NCBI GenBank assembly: GCA_046331705.1
Contig: JAXLQJ010000070.1
Span: 1-37,292 of the forward strand
Length of the DNA stretch: 37,292 nucleotides
Direction: 5' to 3'
DNA from: a bacterium
Lineage (GTDB): Bacteria > JADJOY01
Shown: positions 8,938 through 19,850 of the stretch, piece by piece
Layout of the letters: each line of letters opens with the position of its first letter
How positions within the stretch are numbered: position 1 is the first letter of the stretch
Made by a program: the position numbers and the translations under genes
The notes under the pieces: model-generated
Told to the model about the DNA's origin: nothing
Seen by the model: the letters and a program-made list of their open reading frames with translations, nothing else
Database searches by the model: none

Positions 8938-9885
8938 TCACTCTCCGGGTCCCAGCGCCAAGGGCGGCGCGCCGCGAATCAGCATGCTCGGGTCGGTCTC
9001 GAGACGCTCGACGATGCGGGTCAAGGAAGCCGTGAGCTCGCGCGTGTCCGCCACCAGCCGGCCCAGCTCGGGCAGCGACTGGCTGCCGAAATCACGCAGC
9101 TCGCCGCTGGTGAGGTCGACGGCGCGCTGTGCGCTCTCCATCGCGCTGCGTGCGCTCGCGCCGGCGCGCGCGACCTCGTTGGCCATGCGCTCCACCGCGT
9201 CCGCGCTGTCGCGGATCCGGCCCACCACCTCCGCGAGCTCGGCGCTCACCGCGGCGGTGTTCTCGAGGGTACGAGCGGCGCCGACCACGCCGCGGTCGAT
9301 CACGTCCTGGCGCTCGGCGAGCATGTGGGTGATGCGCTCGATGTCGGCGAGCGAGCGCTTGATCGATTGCCGGTTCTCGTCGTCCAAGAGCGCGTTCATG
9401 CTCACCGAGCTCTGCTCGAGCCGCGCCAACAGCGTGGTGGCGCCCGAGTAGAGCTGCGAGATCCGCGACGGCTCGCTTCGGATCACCGGGTAGCGCTCCC
9501 CAGCCTTGGCCCGGAGCGGCTGCGCGTCGCGCGAGCCGCCCGTGAGATCGATGTAGGCGATCCCGGTGAGCCCCTGGCTCGACAGCACCGCGATCGAGTC
9601 CTCCCGCACCGGCGTGCCGCGCACGATCTCGACCATCAGCCGCACCCGCTCCGGGCTCACGGGATCGAGCGCGATCTCGCGCACCGCCCCCACCTCGACA
9701 CCGCGGTAGCGCACCGGCGCGTTGGGGTTGAGCCCCGCCACCGACTCGGTCATGTAGACGTCGTAACGATCGTAGACCGCGCGATAGCGCTTGCCCGAGC
9801 CGAGCCACAGCACGCCCGCGATGATCGCCGCCGACAGGATCAGCACGAACGCGCCGACGATGGTGAAGCTCACCTTCGTTTCCAC
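8938..9885 (-). CDS. mlaD: MlaD/MCE family substrate-binding protein
   Basis: ETKVSFTIVGAFV, ESVAGLNPNAPVRYRGVEVGAV, QGLTGIAYIDLTGG and a helical C-terminus; GTG start at 9885 overlaps the ATPase 3' end. Confidence 0.9.
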   Translation of the reverse strand: METKVSFTIVGAFVLILSAAIIAGVLWLGSGKRYRAVYDRYDVYMTESVAGLNPNAPVRYRGVEVGAVREIALDPVSPERVRLMVEIVRGTPVREDSIAVLSSQGLTGIAYIDLTGGSRDAQPLRAKAGERYPVIRSEPSRISQLYSGATTLLARLEQSSVSMNALLDDENRQSIKRSLADIERITHMLAERQDVIDRGVVGAARTLENTAAVSAELAEVVGRIRDSADAVERMANEVARAGASARSAMESAQRAVDLTSGELRDFGSQSLPELGRLVADTRELTASLTRIVERLETDPSMLIRGAPPLALGPGE

Positions 9886-10649
9886 GACTGGTCCCAGGCC
9901 GAGCGCCCGCGCGGTCCGTAGAAGTACTCGCGCAGCACCGGATGATCGGATTTCGAGAGCTCTTGCATGGTGCCGACACCCAACACGCGCCCATCGGCCA
10001 TGAACGCCACCCGGTCGGCCACGCTCCACAACAGATCGAGGTCGTGGGTGATGACCATGAGCGTCAGGCCCAGGTTGTCGCGCAAGCCGCGTACCAGCTC
10101 GTCGAAGCCGGTCGCCGAGAGCGGATCGAGCCCCGCGGTGGGCTCGTCCAGGAAGAGCAGCTCGGGGTCGAGCGCGATCGCCCGCGCCAGCGCCGCGCGC
10201 TTGCGCATGCCGCCCGAGAGCTCGGCCGGGTACTTGGCCCCCGCCTCCGCGGGCAACCCGGCGAGGGCGATCTTCACGGCGGCCAGCTCGTCCACGAAGC
10301 GCTCGTCGAGCCGCTCGTGCTCGCGAATCGGCAGGCCGACGTTCTCGGCCACCGTGAGCGAGCTGAAGAGCGCACCGCGCTCGAACATGACGCCGAAACG
10401 CTTGCGCAGCGGCATCGCGCGCTCGTCGCTCAGCCCCGCGAGCTCCTGGCCCAGGATGCGGATCGAGCCGGACGCCGGGCGCTCGAGCACGATCATCTCG
10501 CGCAGCAACGTCGACTTGCCGCAGCCACTGGCGCCCGCCAGCGCGAAGATCTCGCCGCGCCGCACCTCGAGGCTGACGTCACGGTGCACGACCTGCGCGC
10601 CGAAGCGCGTGCACACGTTCTGGACCTCGATCACGTTCTCGGCCGTCAC
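9870..10649 (-). CDS. mlaF: ABC transporter ATP-binding protein (MlaF/Mkl family)
   Basis: Walker A GASGCGKS, signature LSGGMRKR, Walker B LLFLDEPTAGLDP, H-loop ITHD; GTG start at 10649. Confidence 0.93.
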   Translation of the reverse strand: MTAENVIEVQNVCTRFGAQVVHRDVSLEVRRGEIFALAGASGCGKSTLLREMIVLERPASGSIRILGQELAGLSDERAMPLRKRFGVMFERGALFSSLTVAENVGLPIREHERLDERFVDELAAVKIALAGLPAEAGAKYPAELSGGMRKRAALARAIALDPELLFLDEPTAGLDPLSATGFDELVRGLRDNLGLTLMVITHDLDLLWSVADRVAFMADGRVLGVGTMQELSKSDHPVLREYFYGPRGRSAWDQSWKRR

Positions 10650-10651
10650 GG

Positions 10652-11785
10652 TCAGATCCCCAGGAAGCTGAACGCCACCGAGAACGCGGCGTCCGCGACG
10701 ATCACCAGGAAGATCGACTGCACCACGCTCACGGTGGTCTTCTGCCCCACGCTCTCCGCGTCGCCGCTCACCTGGAAACCCTGGTAGCAGCCCACCACCG
10801 CGATGATGGCCGCGAAGACCGGTGCCTTGCCGATGCCGACCAGGTAGTCGGGCAGGTCGATGGCGTGCTCGAAGCGGTCCAGGAAATCGCCGTAACCCAC
10901 GCCCAGCGAGGTCTTCGCCATGATCATGCCGCCCACCACCGCGAGCGCGTCCGCGTACACCACGAGCAACGGCAACGCGATGGCGAGCGCGATGAGCTTG
11001 GGAAGCACCAGCAGATCGAAGGGCGCGATGCCCACCGTGCGCAGCGCGTCCACCTCCTCGGTCACCTTCATGGTGCCGATCTGCGCGGCGTACGCCGACC
11101 CCGAGCGCCCGGCGACGATGATCGCGGTGAGCAGCGGCGAGAGCTCGCGCAACATCGCCAGCCCCACCAGGTCCGCGACGAAGATGTTGGCGCCGTAGCG
11201 CTCGAGCTGGGTCGCGCCCTGATAGGCGATCACGATGCCCATCAGGAACGACAGCAATCCCGTGATCGGCAACGCGCGGAATCCGGCGCTCTCGATGTTG
11301 TGAAGGACCGAACGCCAGCGCAGGTTTCGCAGCCGCATGCGCGACGCGGCCGTGGCGCTCTGGCCCACGAACGTCACGATCCCGAGCAGCTCGGCCGTGC
11401 CGCGCCACGCCCGCGCGCCCAGCCGTGCCAGCCACGACGGGGGGACGGCGACGACGCGACCGACGCAAGCGCCGGCGCGCGCGCGGACCATGCGCAGGAG
11501 CGCTTCGTGGTCGGGCCGCAAGCCCACCCACGCCGGCGTGCTTGGCGGCTCTCGACCCAGCGCCTCGAGCCGCGATGCGATGAGCCACGCCCCCGCCGTA
11601 TCGAGGGCGGCGAGTGCTGCGGCGTCGATCGTCAGCGCGCCGGTCGACGGCAAGCGCAGCGTGGCGAGGCGGCGCTCGACGGGACCGAGGTAGTGGACGG
11701 TCCAGGATCCGGCGAGGTGGATCGTGTCGCCTTCGACGTCGAGCCTCGCTTCGAGATCAGGTCGCGCGTGAGCGACGGCCGGCAT
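10652..11785 (-). CDS. mlaE: MlaE family ABC permease with N-terminal STAS-like domain
   Basis: RELSPLLTAIIVAGRSGSAYAAQIGTMKVTEEVDAL and SVGQKTTVSVV; N-terminal LDTAGAWL STAS-like segment; start at ATG 11785. Confidence 0.93.
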   Translation of the reverse strand: MPAVAHARPDLEARLDVEGDTIHLAGSWTVHYLGPVERRLATLRLPSTGALTIDAAALAALDTAGAWLIASRLEALGREPPSTPAWVGLRPDHEALLRMVRARAGACVGRVVAVPPSWLARLGARAWRGTAELLGIVTFVGQSATAASRMRLRNLRWRSVLHNIESAGFRALPITGLLSFLMGIVIAYQGATQLERYGANIFVADLVGLAMLRELSPLLTAIIVAGRSGSAYAAQIGTMKVTEEVDALRTVGIAPFDLLVLPKLIALAIALPLLVVYADALAVVGGMIMAKTSLGVGYGDFLDRFEHAIDLPDYLVGIGKAPVFAAIIAVVGCYQGFQVSGDAESVGQKTTVSVVQSIFLVIVADAAFSVAFSFLGI

Positions 11786-11810
11786 CGTCCATCTCCCACG
11801 CCCGACCTCG

Positions 11811-12509
11811 TCATTGCGGCGACGGGCCGGCTTGCAGGCCGGCGAGGGTGCGGCAATGAGCCAGCGCTTCCGCTCGGATCTGCTGGCATTCCTCGACGAG
11901 ACGCGCCACCGCGCCGCCGTGGGCACAGACCTTCTCCACCTCCGCCAGCGGCAGGTAGGGAAATGGATGCGCGTTGTCGGCGGGCAAGCAAGCGGCACCC
12001 GCGACGCGCTTGCGGAGGGCGGCGATCTCGAGGGCGGTCATCCGCGCCGGCGCGCCCGCGGTGTGGGTGAGGTGAGCGCACGTGTCGAGCACACGATCGG
12101 CGCGCGCCAGGACCTCGTCCAAGACCAGATCGAGGAACGGGATGGCCACCGCGGCGTCCTCGCGCTGCGTCGCCCAGAGCGGCACGGTGTCGAGCTCCGC
12201 GAGCTCGATCCCGGCGCTGATTCGCTGGGTGCGCAAGGTCTCGAGCGGAAGCCGCGGATCGAGGGCGCGCTTCACGCCCAGGGAGAGCAGATCGCGCAGG
12301 TAGCGCAGCGGACCGAGATCGATCGCGAGCACCCGCTCGCCCCACACCTCGGCTCGCTCGGCCCCGCCGCGCTGCTGTGCGCGCGGCGGCGACGGCAGAA
12401 CGTCGACGGCGCTGGTTCGTGGCTTGGCGACCTCGTCGCGCGTGGGCGCGCTCGTCACGTTGCCGTCCACCCGACTGCCGGCTTTCGCACGACCGACGTT
12501 CTCGATCAT
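11811..12509 (-). CDS. Hypothetical protein (predicted helical)
   Basis: About 232 aa from ATG 12509 with GGAG RBS, preceded by a sigma54-type promoter and ending 25 bp upstream of mlaE; no family recognised. Confidence 0.6.
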   Translation of the reverse strand: MIENVGRAKAGSRVDGNVTSAPTRDEVAKPRTSAVDVLPSPPRAQQRGGAERAEVWGERVLAIDLGPLRYLRDLLSLGVKRALDPRLPLETLRTQRISAGIELAELDTVPLWATQREDAAVAIPFLDLVLDEVLARADRVLDTCAHLTHTAGAPARMTALEIAALRKRVAGAACLPADNAHPFPYLPLAEVEKVCAHGGAVARLVEECQQIRAEALAHCRTLAGLQAGPSPQ

Positions 12510-12587
12510 CGCGTTCTCCACTCCCTCGAACGGCATCACGAAGCAGTCTCGGCCCCCGCGATCGCGGCGCGGAGCACCCAGCACAGC

Positions 12588-12602
12588 GCAATCCGCGTGC
12601 CC
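12588..12602 (-). promoter_or_regulatory. Putative sigma54 (-24/-12) promoter
   Basis: Minus strand GGGCAC-GCGGA-TTGC (GG-N10-GC), one mismatch to TGGCAC-N5-TTGC, in the intergenic region upstream of the hypothetical/mla genes. Confidence 0.55.
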
Positions 12603-12839
12603 GAGCGCCCGTCGGACTCACGATCCGGAGCACGGCCACGCGAGGAGGGGAAAACACGCAGGTGCGGCGTTTTCGACGTCGGCGGATTTCGCGGCCGATC
12701 GGGCCCAGCCACGAGCCGCTGGCACCAAGCCGGCCCGCCGACTGGAACCGAGGTCACCGAACCGTGACGCGAAATGTGTCGACCGCCGACCCCGTCGGCG
12801 GCGCGCGCCGGTGCCAGCGGCGGAAGGGGCGCGGACGCG

Positions 12840-15367
12840 CTAGCCGGTGCCCGACTTGCGGCGCGCCCCACGGACCGGCGCCGCTTCCCGCGGGTTCTCG
12901 GGCCAAGCGTGCTTGGGATAGCGGCCGCGCAGCTCCTTGCGCACCTCCGCGTAGGAGCCGGCCCAGAAGCCCGCGAGGTCGCGAGTCACCTGCACCGGCC
13001 GATGCGCTGGCGAGAGCAGCTCGAAGGTGAGCGCCACCCGCCCCCCGCCCAGGCGCGGCGAAGCGGTGCAGCCGAAGAGCTCCTGCAGCCGGATCGCCAC
13101 CGAGGGCGCCGCAGGATCCGAGTAGTCGATCGCGATCCGCGAGCCGGTCGGCGCCTGGAACCGATCCGGCGCGAGCTCGTCGAGGAGCCGGCGACGACGC
13201 CCATCGAGCAGCGCGAGCAGCGCCTCGCCCAGATCGATCCGGGCCAGCTCCGACTCGCGCGTGAGGCCGTCGAGCCGCGGCGCGAGCCACTCGCCGAGGG
13301 TCGCGCCGAGCGCCGCATCCGAGACGTCCGGCCACGAGGCGGGATCGATGGCGTGCAAGAACGCGAGGCGCTGGCGCAGCCGTCGTGCGTGCTCCGACCA
13401 CGCGAGGCTCGCCACACCCCGGCTCGCGAGGCGCGCCAGCCAGATCGCGCGCGCCGCCTCGGGATCCACGAGGCGCGTGGGGCGCGACGCCAGTAGCAGC
13501 GCGCCGAAGCGCTCGACCTCGCGGGCGACGACGCCGCGCACGCCGTCGTCCCAGCTCACCTCCGTCGAGACCCGGATGCGGTCGCCGGCGACGGCGCGAA
13601 GGTCCTCGGCGCTGAGCGGCGCCGCCAGGCGGATGCGACCCTCCGCGCCGCTGTCCTCGATGTCCGCCACCACCAGGAAGGGCTCGTGGGCGAGCGGTTG
13701 GTCGGTTTCGAGCGTCGCGCCGCGCCCCTGGGCGAGCAGGAATCGTCCCGGCTGGCTGGCGCGTTGCTGGGCGATCCGGTCGGGGTAAGCGTGGGCGAGC
13801 ACGACTCCCACGGCGCTCGAATCCGCGCGCCGCGCGGTCGACCTCAGCCGGCGCCGCCACTGCCGAGCCTCGGCGCGGGCGCGACGGATCGCGCCCGCAT
13901 CGACGGCCAGCCCCGCGGCCGAGCCACGCAGGGCCTCGACCTGGAGCCGCAGATCGACGTCGGCGCGCGGGCCGCCCCCTGGGCATGATGTCGCGATCGG
14001 CGACCAGCGCATCGCCAGATCGGCGGCGACGGCGCCCTGCCCGGCGCGCTGGGCCACGACCGCCATGTGGCGAGCCGCGGGTGAAGCCCCAGTGCGCCAT
14101 CCGGCGGCCTCGCGGGTCGGGTCGCCGGCGGGATCGATCGCGCCCAGCTCCGCGAGCAGCGCGCGGGCGGCGGCGAGATGCGGCGCGGGCGGCACGTCGA
14201 GCCACGCGAGGCGCTCGGCCTTGAACCCCGGCCACGGCGAGGTCGAGCACCAGCGGCGCGAGATCGGCGCTCGTGATCTCCGGCGCCGCGAACGAAGCGA
14301 GGGTCGCCTCGTCCGCCTCCGACCACAGGCGAAGGCACACGCCGGGCTCGGTGCGCCCCGCGCGGCCGCGCCGCTGGTCGGCGGCGGCGCGGCTCACGCG
14401 CACCGTCTCCAGGCGGCCCATTCCCGTGCGGGGCGAGAAGCGCCCCACCCGCGCCAGGCCCGCGTCGACGACCACCCGCACGCCTTCGATGGTGAGGCTG
14501 GTCTCGGCGATGGACGTCGCCAGCACCACCTTGCGCTCGCCCGGCGGCGCGGGTGCGATGGCGGCATCTTGCGCGGGGCCGTCGAGCATCCCGTGCAGCG
14601 CGTGAACTCGAGCCGCGCCGCCGGTTCGAAATCCAGACGCTCCGCCACTCGGCGGATCTCGCGAGTGCCCGGCAGGAAGACCAGCACGTCACCGCGCTCG
14701 GCGCCCACCGCCTCGCGCACCACGGTGGCCACGGCGTCCTCGAGCCGGACGCCGCGCGGCGGCGGGCGGTGCCGCGTCTGCACCGGGAACACCCGGCCAG
14801 GGCAATCGATCACCGGCGCGCCGCCGAGGGTCTTTGCCACCGCGGCGTGCCATCGAGGGTCGCGGACATCACCAGCACAGCGAGATCGGGGCGCAGCGCG
14901 GCGCGCGTCTCGAGGGCGAGCGCCAGACCCAGATCACCGTGGACGCTGCGCTCGTGGAACTCGTCGAAGATCACGAGACCCACGCCCTCGAGCGCGGGAT
15001 CGTCGAGGAGCATCCGCGTCAGCACGCCCTCGGTCACCACCTCGATGCGCGTCCTCGCGCTCACGCGGGTGTCGAAGCGGACGCGGTGCCCGACCAGCCC
15101 TCCCACCTCGTCGTCCAGAAGCCAGGCGATGCGCCGGGCGGCCGCGCGCGCCGCGAGACGCCGCGGCTCGAGCATCACGATCTTCTGGCCGCCAAGCCAC
15201 GGCTCGTCGATCAGCTCGACAGGGACGAGCGTCGTCTTCCCCGCGCCCGGCTCGGCGCGCAACACCGCCGACCTCGACGCGGCGAGCGCCGCGCGCAGCG
15301 CCGGCACCGCCGAGCGGACCGGCAGATCGATGTCGCGCACCCGGCGCTCCGTCGCGTTGCGAATCAC
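12840..15367 (-). CDS. hrpB: ATP-dependent helicase HrpB (several frameshifts, probably sequencing errors)
   Basis: Consecutive frames give AEPGAGKTT, MLEPRRLAAR, DEFHERS, MSATLD, VLVFLPG, VLATSIAETSLTIEGV, QRRGRAGR and the HrpB C-terminus LLSPAHRPVQVTRDLAGFW...YPKHAWP. Confidence 0.92.
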
Positions 15368-15384
15368 CGCGACGGTCTAGCGCA

Positions 15385-15420
15385 AAACGACGACGCCCCG
15401 GACGGAAACCGTCCGGGGCG
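15385..15420 (-). terminator. Rho-independent terminator
   Basis: Perfect 12-bp stem CGCCCCGGACGG (15394-15405) / CCGTCCGGGGCG (15409-15420) with a 3-nt loop, followed on the minus strand by TCGTCGTTTT; about 25 bp after the metallophosphoesterase stop. Confidence 0.75.
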
Positions 15421-15444
15421 CCGCAAGCGGAGAGCGATGGACGA

Positions 15445-16413
15445 TCAGGAGGCGGGCGTGGTCGAGAAGTCGAAGCCGTACTCGGGGCTCAGCACCGCTG
15501 CCGTACTTGATCAGGTCGACGTGGCTGTGACCGTCGGCGGCGATGGTCATCGTCATGAAGCAGGGTCGCCGTAGTCGGGCGGACTGTCCTCGACGGTGCC
15601 GATCTCCGCGCCCGCGCCACCGGTCACGACGGGGTCGAACGCCGTTGGCGTAGGAATGCTCGAAATCGTGGATGTGGCCGAAGAACGCGATCCGGCACCT
15701 GGTACGCCTCGAGCAGATTGATGATGCTCGGCGGTGCCGGGGAACGAGGAGATGCCGCTCAAGATGCCCGCGCGGTTCGGGGTGTAGACGTCATCACCGG
15801 GATCACGGCGCCTCGGTCGCGGACGTCTGCACCGAGCCCGTGGGCAACGTGGGCGGACGCACGAACGTGTACTTGTCGGGATGCGTCGGATCGTCGAGCA
15901 GGCTCTCGAGCCACGCGAGCTGGGCGGTGGTGAGCCCGTAGGAGCTGGGATTCGAGTTGTCGAGATAGATGAAGCGGCTGGGACCGTAGTCGAAGTAGAA
16001 GTCCTCGGGCCGAACGCCGTCTTGGTAGAGGCTCGACCCCTCCGGCGCGTACTGCTCGTGGTTCCCGATGCCGTTGATGAACGGATACGTCACACCCACC
16101 AACGAGTCAGATGTAGTTGTTGTACTCGGTATTGAGCCCGGTGAGCACGGAGATCGCCGACGTTGAGGCCGAACACGGGTTGCGGCGAGAGCTGGGCGGT
16201 CTGGGCGCGAGCAGCGCCTTGAAGATCTCCACACCTGGGGTCTTGCGAGTCGCCCATCACCACGAGCTTGCATGCGGATACGAGAGTGGGGTGGCCTGCG
16301 CCGCGGAGATCTCGTCGGCGTTGGGGCGGGTCTTCACGGTGCAGCCGCTCGCCGCGCAAACGGCGACACACGCGGCCAGCACGCCACGAAGGGACGGATA
16401 CATTTGGGCGCAT
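15445..16413 (-). CDS. Calcineurin-like metallophosphoesterase, probably an exported lipoprotein (frameshifted)
   Basis: Fragments LVVMGDSQ, GLNVGDL, PFINGIGNHE, YFDYGPSRFIYLDNS, AQLAWLESLL, VVTGGAGA; N-terminal VLAACVAVCAASGC; boundaries approximate. Confidence 0.8.
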
Positions 16414-16502
16414 TTCGTTCCTCTCGAGCGCGTCGTGGAAACTACGTGAGCGGACCGGTGCATTCCGACGCGCGCGATGCCGCGGCCCGCGATCCCGTAA
16501 CG

Positions 16503-17689
16503 ATGGTGTCATGTTCGCGTCCGACGGTCAAACGCCGCGCATCGCCATCCGGGGGCCTCGCACCGCGCGCGCTTGGGTTGATCTTGCCTGCGCTCTGGCT
16601 TCCCATCGCTGCCGTAGCGAGCGCCGAGCCCGCGAACGCCCCGGCGAGCGACGCCCCACGGCTCCTCGCCGAAGCCCGCGCCCTCGACCGCGGCGGCGCC
16701 AGCGCCGATGCGCTCACGCGCTTCGAGGATCACCGGGCGCTTCCCTCGACGCGCCCGAGAGCGCCGAGGCGCACACAAGCCGCGCGTCTGCGCCAGCGCC
16801 GCCTGGGCGACCTCGAAGGCGCACTCGCGCACTATCGCGCACTCGCCCAGCAGTTCCCGACCTCGCGCTGGAGCGCGGGCGTGCCGGCGCGGGTGAGCCT
16901 GCTCGAATCGGCGCCGACGGTACCGAGGCCCTCGCGCGCTACGAGTCGATCCTGCAACGGCACACGCGCTCCGAGGCCAACGAGATCGAGACCGCCGACG
17001 CGCTCGAGGGCTGGGCGCGCGCCTGCAGATTTTCCGCTGGTGCCGCGAGCGCTCTTGTTCGTGGCGCGGGCACTACACCGCCATCACGGCGACCGGCGCC
17101 GCGGTCGCCTGCTACCAGCAGATCCGCGCGCGCTTCGGAGAAGCGCGTCGAGGCCTTCGAGGCGGGCAAGGCGCTCGGCGAGATGCGTTTCGAAGTCCGA
17201 CTTCCGCGGCGCCAAGACGGCCTGGGCTTCGCTCTTCCCCGTGCAGAGCGCCGATCAAGCGGTGACGCTGCAGGGTTGATCGCACGGGCGGAGGGCCACC
17301 TGCGGCGACAGGTCGTCGCCGCCGCGTGCGCCGCGTATCTCGCCGCCTTCGCGGGGTGCGCCTGGTGGCTCGGCAGGCGCTGGCGCCCGCTGCCTGGCGC
17401 AGCGCGGTCGGCAGGGCGAGAGCTCGCCGTGCTACTACCGCCCTCGGCCTGCTGCTCTGGCTCGCCTACCCCAACACGATCGTCACGTACTTCCTGGCGA
17501 GCTTCACCGCGGCCGTGATCCCTTGCTGGTGCTGCACGTGGCGTGCGTCCAGGGTGGACGCTTGCGGCGACGCGCAGCCGTGCCCCTCGCCCTGGCCGTG
17601 AGCGGGGCGCTCGGCTCCATGCGTGCTGCTCTACCGCGTGGGATCTCGCCTTCGTTGTCGAGCGCCCGCTGCGCTGGGTCAGCGCGTGA
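16503..17689 (+). CDS. Tetratricopeptide-repeat-like exported/membrane protein (frameshifted)
   Basis: Signal-like LGLILPALWLPIAAVASA, TPR-like LGDLEGALAHYRALAQQFPTSRW, several C-terminal TM fragments; TGA at 17687-17689 overlaps the next GTG. Confidence 0.55.
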
Positions 17690-18971
17690 GACGTGCGCGC
17701 CGGCTCGCGGGCGCGGGGGTCGCGCTGGCGCTGGTCGCGGCGAGTGCGTGCTCAAGGGCAGGTCCGGCGACGGCCCGGCCGCCGAGCGCGAGACTTCGCC
17801 TCCGCCAGCCGCTGGCGATCTCGGCGGAGGGCCTCGCGGCCCATGTCGATGTCCTCGCGAGCGACGACTACGAAGGACGCCAGCCGGGCAGCGGCGGCCA
17901 CCGGCAGGCCCGCGACTACCTGATCGACGCGCTTGCGCGCGCCAAGTCGAGCGCGGCGGCATCGACGGCACCGACTACCTCCACCTCTATTCCACCGAGC
18001 CCAATCCTCGCTACCTCTATCCCTACCCGACCGGTCACAACCTGGTCGGGCTGCTGCGTGGGTCCGATCCGGTGCACGGCGCCGAATCGGTGATCGTGAT
18101 GGCGCACTACGATCACGTGGGCCGCGACCGCTTCCGCCACGTCTTCAACGGCGCCTACGACAACGCCGCCGGCGTCGCCGCGTTGATCGAGCTGGCACGC
18201 GCCTTCCAGGACGTCGGCTACGCGCCGAAGCGCACCATCGTGTGGCTCTTCACCGACGAGGAGGAGACGGGGCTGCGCGGCGCGCGCGCGTTCGCCAACG
18301 CCCCCTCCGTGCCTGCGGAGGGGATCGTGCTGGCGCTCTCGGTCGATCCGATCGGGCGGGCGCTCGTTCCCGGCTACGCCTTCACGGGGCTCTTCGGGCT
18401 GGAGCACAGCCCGGCCTTGCGCGCGCTGGTGGAGCGCAACGCCGCACGCTCGAGCCGCGGCGACGTGCTGATCACCCACCGCGACCTGATTCACTCGCCC
18501 TTCGAGAGCGACCAGGACCCGTTTCTCGCGCGGGGAATCCCGGGGGCGTGGCTCGTGAATCCCGGCTTCACCTTCTATCACCAGATCGCCGACGAGCCGG
18601 ATACGGTTCAGTACGACGTCTTGCTGGATTCGGTGCGGCTGCTGGCGCAGCTCGTCGACCAGGTCGCCAACGATGATGGCCGCTACCCGTTCGTCGAGGA
18701 CGTCCCCGTGACCGCGAACGACCTGGCGCGCTTCCGACTGCCGGTCGGCGGCTTGCTTCGGGATGGCGCCGAGCTGGGCGAACGCGAGCGCGAATCGCTG
18801 GCCGCGCTGGACGCACGCCTCGCCGCCGTCGAGGCGAGCGGTGTCGTGGATGCCGCCACGGTGGAGGATCTGAGCGTCGACGCCATCGTCACGCTCTTCG
18901 CGCTCAGCCTGACCCACCCGGGCCCGATCCCGCCGCCCTTCCCCACGGGCGCCACCGCGGCGCTACCGTAG
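17686..18971 (+). CDS. M28 family zinc aminopeptidase lipoprotein (one frameshift near 17945)
   Basis: Lipobox ALVAASAC, LASDDYEGRQPGS, NLVGLLRG, MAHYDH, NGAYDNAAG, EEETGLRG, SDQ, YHQ. Confidence 0.9.
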
Positions 18972-18986
18972 ACGCGAGGCCCCTTC

Positions 18987-19850
18987 ATGCGCGGTTTCCG
19001 CTTGTCGATCGCCTTCCTGCTCGCGGGCACGCTGACGAGCGCCGAGGTCACGGCGCAGACCCCGGCGCGGCGCCAGCGTCCGATCTTCACCCAGGACTTC
19101 CGGATGGTCGCCCACCGCGGCGGCGCCGCGCTCTTTCCCGAGAACACGCTGGAGGCGTTTCGCGCAGCGGCGGCGCGGTGGCCGACGGCGGTGATCGAGA
19201 CCGACGTGCGGCTGACCGCCGACGGCGTGCCGGTGCTGATCCACGACCCAACCGTCGACCGAACCACCAACGGCAAGGGCGCCGTCGCGGCACAGCCGCT
19301 GGCCGAGCTCGCGCGGCTCGATGCGGCGTACCGATTCTCCACCGACGGCGATCGCACGTTTCCGAGCCGGGGCCGCGGGGTCCGCATTCCGACACTCGAG
19401 GAGGCGCCCTCACCGCGCTGCCGAACACGCGTTTCCAGGTGGAGATCAAGGAAGGCGTCGAAGCGGTGCCCTGACCGTCGCCGCCATCCAGGCGGCACAG
19501 GCGAGCACGCGCGTGGTGCTGGTGGCGCGGCGCGCGGACGTGCTCGAGCAGGTGCGCGCGCTCGCGTGCTGCTGGTCGCGACGAACTTCGACGAGAACGC
19601 GGTGCGCGAGATCGTGAAGCTCGTTCGCGGCGGCCATCCCGACGATCGCCCGCCCTGGCGACATGCTGACGGCCGAGCCACGCGAGCTTGCCGCGGCGGG
19701 GTTCGGCGCTACCGAGATCGCCGACCTGCGGGACGGCGGCATCCCCGTGCAGGGGTTCACGATCGACGATCCCGCGGCGATGAAGCGAAGCTGCTGGCCG
19801 AGGGATTCACGAGCCTCGTCACCAATCGACCCGACGGCTCGCCGAGGTGA
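18987..19850 (+). CDS. Glycerophosphodiester phosphodiesterase (GDPD; internal frameshifts)
   Basis: VAHRGG..FPENTLEAF, ETDVRLTADGVPVLIHD.TVDRTT, RIPTLEE, FQVEIK, LVTNRPD; N-terminal signal peptide. Confidence 0.9.
   Translation: MRGFRLSIAFLLAGTLTSAEVTAQTPARRQRPIFTQDFRMVAHRGGAALFPENTLEAFRAAAARWPTAVIETDVRLTADGVPVLIHDPTVDRTTNGKGAVAAQPLAELARLDAAYRFSTDGDRTFPSRGRGVRIPTLEEAPSPRCRTRVSRWRSRKASKRCPDRRRHPGGTGEHARGAGGAARGRARAGARARVLLVATNFDENAVREIVKLVRGGHPDDRPPWRHADGRATRACRGGVRRYRDRRPAGRRHPRAGVHDRRSRGDEAKLLAEGFTSLVTNRPDGSPR

Noticed and set aside
12840-15367. hrpB as a true pseudogene or programmed frameshift
   Set aside because: Indels are numerous, continue into unrelated neighbouring genes and leave all motifs intact; sequencing error is the simpler explanation.
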